This document shows, piece by piece, positions 57,433-64,000 of a stretch of 64,000 bases of DNA. Numbering within the stretch: position 1 is the stretch's first letter; each line of letters starts with the position of its first letter. Below the pieces are notes generated by a model. The model was not told the DNA's origin and did not search any database. It worked only from the letters and a program-made list of their open reading frames with translations. The DNA is from Candidatus Sericytochromatia bacterium (GTDB taxonomy: Bacteria; Cyanobacteriota; Sericytochromatia; S15B-MN24; UBA4093): NCBI GenBank assembly GCA_036676985.1, contig JAKFBU010000056.1, positions 128,001-192,000 of the forward strand, read 5' to 3'. The translations under genes and the position numbers were made by a program.

Positions 57433-59982
57433 ATGGCGGGTCCCGTCGATCCCGGCATGGGCGATCGCCCGCGCCGCAAGCGCAAGAAGAAGCCGCAGCT
57501 GGGACCGAACGGCAAGCCCCTCAAGCGCAAGAAGAAGAAAACGAAGCAGGGGGGAAGCCTCGCGGCCCCCTTGCTCGCGGCGTTCGGCGCCGCCAAGCTG
57601 AACCCGGCCGAGTTCGCGGCCAAGTTCCGCACCAAGAAGGAACGAAAGACCGACGACCTGCGCGGCACGCTGATGCTCGGCTTCGCGGTGCTCGCCATCC
57701 TGCCCATGTTGGTCGCCGTGGTACTCATGACGCGGATCGCGGAGCAGGGCATCGTCGTCTCCACCGACGAGCTGGCGCGCATCAGCCGGGATACCCTCTC
57801 GGAGACCTCGGGCAAGATTGGCGAGCTCTCCAAGTACCAGATCGACAGCACGGGCGAGCAGCTCACGGACATGGGCTCCAAGGCCGTCCGTGACACGGCC
57901 CAGGCCCTCATCACCACCTCGGAGCAGCGCTTCAAGGACGCCAACCAGCAGCTCATCGAGCAGGGTGCAAAGTCCAACCAGGCCCTCTCGGAGCAGCTGG
58001 TCAAGGAGAGCAAGGACGCCACGCGCGAGCTGGCTCGCAGCCTCATCAAGGTGAGCGAGGAGTCCAACCGCGAGCTGTCCCGGTCCACGGCCAAGCAGGC
58101 CGAACAGACCATCGTGCAGCTGGCCGATCGGCTGGTCGAGCAGGCCAACCGCAACACCAGCGCCATCAGCACCTACATCGTCGCGCAGAACAAGGAATCG
58201 GCGAAGCGCCTGAGCGAGCGCATGCTCAAGGACGTCGAGCGCGAGCCCGTCGTCAACTTCAAGACGCTCGCGAGCATCTTCGCCCAGGGCATCGCGACCA
58301 ACAAGGTGGCCCCGATCCGGGACGGCTACCTCGCCGTCGTCGATCCGCGCGGCCGGGTGCTCGCGAGCACCAAGTACAAGAAGGGCACCTCCGTCCGCCA
58401 CCTGGAGATCATCCAGCGGGCGCTCGGCAAGGAGACGTCCGAGGACAGCCTCATCCGGTTCAAGGACGGCAATGACCAGTACCTGGGCGTCTTCGCCCGT
58501 CGTGACGACGGGGGGGCCGTCGTGTTCGCCTACCTCGCGGACCGCGCGAGGGTCGACACGGACCGGATGAAGGACGACGTCCAAAACACGCTCAACCAGA
58601 TGGGCAGCGACTCGTCGCGCTACGTCATCCAGAGCATGGAGGACGCTCGCCCGCTCATGCGCGCGCAGGCCACCAAGCTCTCCAAGCAGTCCATCGGCAA
58701 GATCCAGGCCACGAGCGCGGCCCTCAGCGCCAAGACCTCCAAGCGGATGCAGACGCAGGCGGACATCGTCTCGGCCCGGGCGGTCGCGCGCATGACCGAG
58801 CGCTCGGAGGCGGTGGCGGCCGAGACGGCCGAGGCCATCAAGCAGCGCTCCGAGGAGATCGCAACCCATGCCCTGGAGGCCATGCGCCCCATCGGCAAGG
58901 AGTATGCCGCCAAGGCGGAGGCCGCCATGCGGGCCGAAGCCGAGAAGGCCGTCATGGAGACCGCCGAGATCGTGCCCCAGGCGGCCGAGGCGGCGAGCCA
59001 GAAGGCCACGGCCCAGATGGCTCCCGAGGCCCGCCGCCTGGCGGACCGCGCCAAGCAGCAGATGTGGCTGGTCGCAGGCATCCTGCTGGTGCTCGAGATC
59101 ATCCTGGCCATCGTGGCGAGCCTCCTCATGTCCGGCCGCATCGCGGCCCCCATCATCACCGAACAGCAGAAGGCGCGCGAGGAGAAGGAGCGGCTCGGCC
59201 GCGAGATGGAGATCGCCTCCAAGATCCAGACCTGCTTGCTGCCGCCGGTGCCGGAGCTCAAGGACTTCGACGTGGCGGTGTCCATGGTGCCGGCCGAGGA
59301 GGTGGGCGGCGACTTTGTCGACCTGTTGCCGGACGCGGAGCCCGGGGCCTTCTGGATGGGCATCGGCGACGTGACGGGCCACGGCCTCACGCCGGGCCTC
59401 ATCATGATGATGGCGCAGAGCGTGTTCAATTCGCTGGCGCGCACGCCGGACATGACGCCCAAGGCTCTCTACGACGGCATGAACCGGGTGCTGTACCAGA
59501 ACATCAAGGACCGGCTCAAGACCTCGGATCACATGACCATGTCCATCCTCAAGCACGAGCCGGACGGGACGTTCGTGCACTGCGGCTCGCACCTGGACAT
59601 CCTGGTGTACCGGGCGGAGACGCGCGAGGTCGAGCGGCTGGTGACGGACGGTCCCTGGGTGGGGATGCTGCCCGAGTGCGAGGACTTCACGACGGAGATC
59701 ACGTTCAACCTGGGCGAGAACGACGTGTTGCTGCTGTACACGGACGGCCTCATCGAGGTTCAGAACGCGCAGCAGGAGCAGTGGGACATGGACCGCCTCT
59801 GCGAGTCCCTGGCGCGCCACGCGCACCTGGGCGCGCGCGAGATCCAGGCCAAGGTGCTGGCGGACAGCCTGCACTGGGCGAACAAGGTGCTGGACGACAT
59901 CTCCATGCTCGTCGTGAAGCGCAGCGCCATCGAGCTCACCTCGACCGTGCCCCAGGCGGACGTTGAGCCGGTCGTGGTCTAG
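57433..59982 (+). CDS. membrane sensor PP2C/SpoIIE phosphatase (RsbU/SiaA-like)
   Basis: Two TM helices flank a ~460-aa periplasmic region; VGGDF, GDVTGHG, YTDG, DDIS. Confidence 0.9.
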   Translation: MAGPVDPGMGDRPRRKRKKKPQLGPNGKPLKRKKKKTKQGGSLAAPLLAAFGAAKLNPAEFAAKFRTKKERKTDDLRGTLMLGFAVLAILPMLVAVVLMTRIAEQGIVVSTDELARISRDTLSETSGKIGELSKYQIDSTGEQLTDMGSKAVRDTAQALITTSEQRFKDANQQLIEQGAKSNQALSEQLVKESKDATRELARSLIKVSEESNRELSRSTAKQAEQTIVQLADRLVEQANRNTSAISTYIVAQNKESAKRLSERMLKDVEREPVVNFKTLASIFAQGIATNKVAPIRDGYLAVVDPRGRVLASTKYKKGTSVRHLEIIQRALGKETSEDSLIRFKDGNDQYLGVFARRDDGGAVVFAYLADRARVDTDRMKDDVQNTLNQMGSDSSRYVIQSMEDARPLMRAQATKLSKQSIGKIQATSAALSAKTSKRMQTQADIVSARAVARMTERSEAVAAETAEAIKQRSEEIATHALEAMRPIGKEYAAKAEAAMRAEAEKAVMETAEIVPQAAEAASQKATAQMAPEARRLADRAKQQMWLVAGILLVLEIILAIVASLLMSGRIAAPIITEQQKAREEKERLGREMEIASKIQTCLLPPVPELKDFDVAVSMVPAEEVGGDFVDLLPDAEPGAFWMGIGDVTGHGLTPGLIMMMAQSVFNSLARTPDMTPKALYDGMNRVLYQNIKDRLKTSDHMTMSILKHEPDGTFVHCGSHLDILVYRAETREVERLVTDGPWVGMLPECEDFTTEITFNLGENDVLLLYTDGLIEVQNAQQEQWDMDRLCESLARHAHLGAREIQAKVLADSLHWANKVLDDISMLVVKRSAIELTSTVPQADVEPVVV

Positions 59983-60032
59983 GGCTTCTTCCGCCTTTTC
60001 TTGATATAGAGCGGCTTTCTACCTTATTTGGC

Positions 60033-60170
60033 AACGGATCTCCCCCCCCATCCCCCCCTGCTAGGGGGGGCATGGCCGGTCGTAGGTCGCGATGGGCCGG
60101 GCCTCCATGCCTGCGCAGCAGGCAAAAAGAAAGCCCCCCCTAGCAGGGGGGGTGGGGGGGTAGAACGAGT
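60033..60170. repeat. MITE/REP-like element, family B
   Basis: AACGGATCT...CCCCCCCTGCTAGGGGGGG...CCCCCCCTAGCAGGGGGGG...TAGAACGAGT. Confidence 0.75.
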
Positions 60171-60175
60171 CGGCC

Positions 60176-61369
60176 CTAGATGTAGTAATCCACCAACTCG
60201 AGCAAGCTCGTAAACGGCCAGTCATACCACGGGCGGGTGAACGGCTCCGTGATGGGCGTCGAGATCGCCCAGTCCGTCTCGAACAGCCGCCCGTTCAGCT
60301 CCTGCAAGAGCGCCGGCTCGCGAACCGCCACGCCCAGCTCCTGGTTGATGTTCAGGGCCCGCGCATCTCCGTTGGCCGAGCCCACCAGCGCCCAGGCCCC
60401 GTCCACCGCGAAGTACTTCACGTGGTTGTACCGCTGCGTGTACGAACGGATCTCCGCTCCCGCCTTCATCAGGGCATTCGCCGAGGTCGAATTCAATCGC
60501 TTGAAGATCGGGCTGCCGTTCGCCCCCGGCACCAGGATCCGCACCGCCACGCTGTTCTTCCGCGCGTCGAGCAGCGCCTTCAAGAGGCCGTCATCCGACA
60601 GGTACGGCGATTCCACCTCCACCTTCCGCGTCGCCGAGCGAATGGCGGCGTACAAGGCTTCCCGGATCTCGAAGCGCTGCTCGGCCGGGCTCGTCACGAG
60701 CACCTGGTCCGGGCTGTCCTTCACCGGTCCTTCGGGCAACTGGAAGGGAGCACCGCCCGCGACCTTCCAGTCGTAGGCGAACTCGCGGTGCAGGTCGCGC
60801 GCGATCTCGTCGTCATTGAACTCCACGAGCATGTCGTGCCGATCGTGCCGGAACTCGTCCGTGAGGTTCATGCCGCCGGTCAGGCCGCGCGTCCCATCGG
60901 CGAGGTACAGCTTGCGGTGCGTGATGTTGACGCCCCGACCGATGGAGTGCCAGTCGTAGACCCGTGCGTCCACGCCGCGCTCCTTGAGATAGGCCACGAC
61001 TCCCCGCTTGGAGTTGGCCTCGAAGTAATTGCCGATCTGGTCGATGAGGACGCGGACCTTGATGCCTTCCTTGGATCGCGCGACCAGCAGGTCGCAGAGC
61101 TCGCGGCCCGACTTGTCGTGCCAGAAGTTGAAGGTCTCGATGTAGATGGAGTGCTTGGCCTCGCGGACCACGCGCGCGATGGCCGCGTAGTTCGCATCAC
61201 CGTCCAGGGTCAGCCTGGGGATGTCCGCTTCGACGACATGCGAGCCAGAGGAGGTGGGAGAAAATGGCGTGGTCCCACGGCGCTCCGCCTGCAGGGGCGA
61301 CAGTCCGCACCCGACCAAGCTCAGCGACAAGGTCGCCAACAGCGCCCATCGTGTGGCCATTCCTAGCAT
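60176..61369 (-). CDS. phospholipase D / cardiolipin synthase-like lipoprotein
   Basis: LVGC lipobox; two HKD motifs, HRKLYLAD..GGMN and HVKYFAVD..GSAN. Confidence 0.88.
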   Translation of the reverse strand: MLGMATRWALLATLSLSLVGCGLSPLQAERRGTTPFSPTSSGSHVVEADIPRLTLDGDANYAAIARVVREAKHSIYIETFNFWHDKSGRELCDLLVARSKEGIKVRVLIDQIGNYFEANSKRGVVAYLKERGVDARVYDWHSIGRGVNITHRKLYLADGTRGLTGGMNLTDEFRHDRHDMLVEFNDDEIARDLHREFAYDWKVAGGAPFQLPEGPVKDSPDQVLVTSPAEQRFEIREALYAAIRSATRKVEVESPYLSDDGLLKALLDARKNSVAVRILVPGANGSPIFKRLNSTSANALMKAGAEIRSYTQRYNHVKYFAVDGAWALVGSANGDARALNINQELGVAVREPALLQELNGRLFETDWAISTPITEPFTRPWYDWPFTSLLELVDYYI

Positions 61370-61459
61370 CCACGTCCTCCTGCCATGACCTTTAACAGCT
61401 TCTTATCGAAGTGCTAATGACGTTATCGCAGGTGAGCGCGAAATCTTGCGCCGCCGAGA

Positions 61460-62779
61460 TTAGCCGATGGGATCCGGGACCTCTGCGGCGGGCACCGTAT
61501 GCTTCAGGCCCTCGAGGATGAAGAGGTCCAACTGATCCGTCTTGCCCCGGATGGCCACGTCGCGCACCGGGCGAACGATCACGCGATCCTTGATCTCCAG
61601 GTAGGTCTCGGCGCTGAGTAGGATGTCCACCCCGTGATCCTTGGTCAGGCTTTCGATGCGGCTCGCCGTGTTGACCGCGTCGCCGATGGCCGTGTAGTCA
61701 AGGCGCTGATCGGTCCCGATATTGCCGATCACGGCCTCACCCGTATGGATGCCGATGCCGATCCGCAGGGGCGCCTCTCCGGTGGCCGCACGCTCCCGGT
61801 TCAGGGCGTCGAGCTCCTGGCGCATGCGAAAGGCGGCCTGGACCGCACGCCAGGCGTGGTCCTCCTGGGGCACCGGCGCCCCGAAGACCGCCATCATGCC
61901 GTCGCCGATGTACTTATCGAGCGTGCCCTCGTAGGAGAAAAGCGCGCCCACCATTCGTGAGAAGTAGGCGTTCAGCAGCGAGACGACATGCTCGGGAGGC
62001 ATCTGCTCGGACATGCTCGTGAAGCCCCTGATGTCCGAGAAGAGAAGCGTGACGCGCCGCCGCTTGCCCCCGACCCGGGTGAGGTCCTCCTGGAGGATCG
62101 TGTCGGCCACCTGCTGAGAGACATAGCGCGAAAGCACGCCGCGCACGCGCAGGGCCTCGGTCTGCATGCTGGCGGCCTCGCCGATGAGTTCGCGCGTCTT
62201 GGCCACCATCAACAGAGAGCCGCCCGTCGTGCCCAGCACGAGCATCAGCAGCAGCACGAGGATCGGGACCAGGAAGGCCTCATGGTGAATCGCCGTATCG
62301 ATCCACATGACCTCCGCCACCACCGCCAGGCAGCACAGCCCGCTCACGATCGCCTGGCGCGTGGACAAGCGAAGACCGTTCAGGCCGTTGAGGACGAAGG
62401 CGAAGATCAGGCTCATGTCGCTCCGCGCGAGGGTCTTGTTGCTCTCGGAATCAAAGCCCCAGATGGAATGTGCGTACAGGAAGGAGGCCATGAGGGCGAA
62501 GTCCAGGACGATGGCCACATAACCCAGGGGCCGGGCCGGGAAGGGTGTCCGGATGAGCCACGCGAGGACGAGCGCTCCCACCAGGACCAGGGAGAGGGCC
62601 GTGACGTCGAACCAGATGCTGCCCTCGAAGCCGTAGGTGGCGATCCGCACGGGCATCAGGACGAAGAGCGCGATCGCGAGCAGGGTGATCCGGACCAGGC
62701 CGATGCGCTTCTCGGCGGCGCGGATTTCGCGCTCCGTCAGGACCTCAACGATGTTCTCGGGCTGGGGGGTCGTGGCCAT
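61460..62779 (-). CDS. membrane-bound class III adenylate/guanylate cyclase
   Basis: About 6 TM helices; FSDIRGFT, DKYIGDG, YTAIGDAVNTASR. Confidence 0.93.
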   Translation of the reverse strand: MATTPQPENIVEVLTEREIRAAEKRIGLVRITLLAIALFVLMPVRIATYGFEGSIWFDVTALSLVLVGALVLAWLIRTPFPARPLGYVAIVLDFALMASFLYAHSIWGFDSESNKTLARSDMSLIFAFVLNGLNGLRLSTRQAIVSGLCCLAVVAEVMWIDTAIHHEAFLVPILVLLLMLVLGTTGGSLLMVAKTRELIGEAASMQTEALRVRGVLSRYVSQQVADTILQEDLTRVGGKRRRVTLLFSDIRGFTSMSEQMPPEHVVSLLNAYFSRMVGALFSYEGTLDKYIGDGMMAVFGAPVPQEDHAWRAVQAAFRMRQELDALNRERAATGEAPLRIGIGIHTGEAVIGNIGTDQRLDYTAIGDAVNTASRIESLTKDHGVDILLSAETYLEIKDRVIVRPVRDVAIRGKTDQLDLFILEGLKHTVPAAEVPDPIG

Positions 62780-62964
62780 GGCGCCTCCGTCGGTGGACGA
62801 GGCTCTTCCGCCTCGTCTGGCCTATGCTAGCGCACCCTTGCCGGCTTCGCAATCGGCCGCGGAATCGGCGGTTATGGTTGCCTTAAATTTCACCCCGAGC
62901 CGTCAGGCAGCCCCCACTCCCCCGGATAACACCTCAGTAACGCCTTCAAGGGGGGAGTCAAGGC

Positions 62965-63831
62965 ATGCCGATCACCGGGATCATGGATACGTTCCGCGCG
63001 CAGCGCCTACCGCAGCCGTCGCCGACCGCTCCGGCGCTCGAGCCCATGTCCGCGACCATGGCGGGCGATCGCCTCGAGATCCGCCGCTCGCTCGTCAACC
63101 CGGGTACGCAGACCCAGCCCACCCTCGACGCCGCCATCGCGAAGCTGGAAGGCATCGAGCAGGACCTCGTCGCCAAGGGCGACAACCGCGCGGTCTTCGT
63201 GAGCACCTACCTCATGCAGACGAAGGCCACGGCCCAGGCGCTCCAGGAGCCCGGCCGCTTCGAGGACCCGGCGTTCATGAACGGGCTGGCGCTTCGCTTC
63301 GTGCAGTACTTCCTGGATGCCTACGACAACTACGAGGCCGGCCGGCGCGACCAGGTCCCGGCCCCCTGGCTCAAGGCCTTCGACCTCGCCACGGCCAAGA
63401 AGACGCTCGTGATGGAGGACCTGGTCCTCGGCATCAACGCCCACATCAACTACGACCTGCCCCGCGCCTTGGTGGTCGTGGGCGCCAACACGCCCGCGCA
63501 CGAGCGCGACTTCAGCAACTACAACCAGCTCCTTTCCGAGAACATCCAGCCTGTCAAGGACGCCATCGTCGATCGCTACGCCAAAGAGGCCTTCAGCGTG
63601 AACCTGCTGGGCCTGGCCGACAAGGTCACCTTGAAGCTCGACGATCTGGTGGCGGATCAGACCTTCGCGATCATGCGCAACCGCGCCTGGGAGCAGAGCC
63701 GCCGCATCGCCGCCGGAGACAGCAAGGCGCTCACCGAGACCACCGAGGACGCCATGACGGTGGTCAAGGCCATCGAGCTCGAGTCCAAGGCCCCGTTCCA
63801 CGGCTACCTGGCGCGCGCCCGCGTCTTCTAG
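62965..63831 (+). CDS. DUF5995-like protein with an N-terminal low-complexity leader
   Basis: F..TY...T, FEDPAF, VPAPW..AF, LGINAHINYDLPRAL. Confidence 0.8.
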   Translation: MPITGIMDTFRAQRLPQPSPTAPALEPMSATMAGDRLEIRRSLVNPGTQTQPTLDAAIAKLEGIEQDLVAKGDNRAVFVSTYLMQTKATAQALQEPGRFEDPAFMNGLALRFVQYFLDAYDNYEAGRRDQVPAPWLKAFDLATAKKTLVMEDLVLGINAHINYDLPRALVVVGANTPAHERDFSNYNQLLSENIQPVKDAIVDRYAKEAFSVNLLGLADKVTLKLDDLVADQTFAIMRNRAWEQSRRIAAGDSKALTETTEDAMTVVKAIELESKAPFHGYLARARVF

Positions 63832-63874
63832 GAGCCGTCGAGCGGGTATAACCTCCAGGTAGGGAGTTTCACTA

Positions 63875-64000
63875 ATGTCCATCGACAAGCTCGGATCCGG
63901 AAGCCTCAACCGACTGCTCGGCCCCGCCCCCGCCGCCGAAAGCGTGCAGGCAGGCGGCGGCACGGAAGCCTCCACCGCGGTGCCGCTCGGCGACATCTCG
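63875..64000 (+). CDS. hypothetical protein, 5' part only (runs off the window)
   Basis: AGGGAG RBS, then ATG: MSIDKLGSGSLNRLLGPAPAAESVQAGGGTEASTAVPLGDIS..., open to the window edge. Confidence 0.6.
   Translation, partial: MSIDKLGSGSLNRLLGPAPAAESVQAGGGTEASTAVPLGDIS

Noticed and set aside
60176-62779. Cyclase + phospholipase as a CBASS/Pycsar-like defence pair
   Set aside because: The cyclase is an ordinary multi-TM class III enzyme, and the PLD is an exported lipoprotein with its own upstream region and no nucleotide-sensing domain.

Overview
A GC-rich, gene-dense bacterial chromosomal window with about 65 CDS and no rRNA, tRNA, CRISPR array, transposase or prophage gene that I can recognise. 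It looks like a Gram-negative organism (TonB-dependent receptor, many lipoproteins). The HEAT-repeat proteins, CX5HGH-type pterin synthases and C/G-run palindromic repeats suggest a relative of the non-photosynthetic Cyanobacteriota such as Sericytochromatia, but that is inference only. Housekeeping content: yybP-ykoY Mn2+ riboswitch, tldD/pmbA, pepP, a Nudix hydrolase, NDH-2, ppsA, two trkA-like genes with a KUP/KimA-like transporter, an SdpR/SdpI-ABC-CPBP resistance operon, queG, nagA-galK, a phospholipase D and a class III cyclase. Most notable: (1) a ~905-aa protein made of two complete, differently diverged tryptophanase/tyrosine phenol-lyase units; (2) a SiaABCD-like partner-switching/c-di-GMP operon divergent from a TonB receptor and an orphan binding lipoprotein; (3) unrelated proteins that share an N-terminal low-complexity leader ending in a GD-x-L-x-L/I motif, several behind sigma28-like CGATAA boxes, which may be a type III/flagellar export signal; (4) a candidate sigma28-driven sRNA; (5) two PTPS-II-type genes coupled to an SDR; (6) two families of short palindromic repeats at convergent gene junctions. 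All calls come from manual motif reading; no database searches were run.
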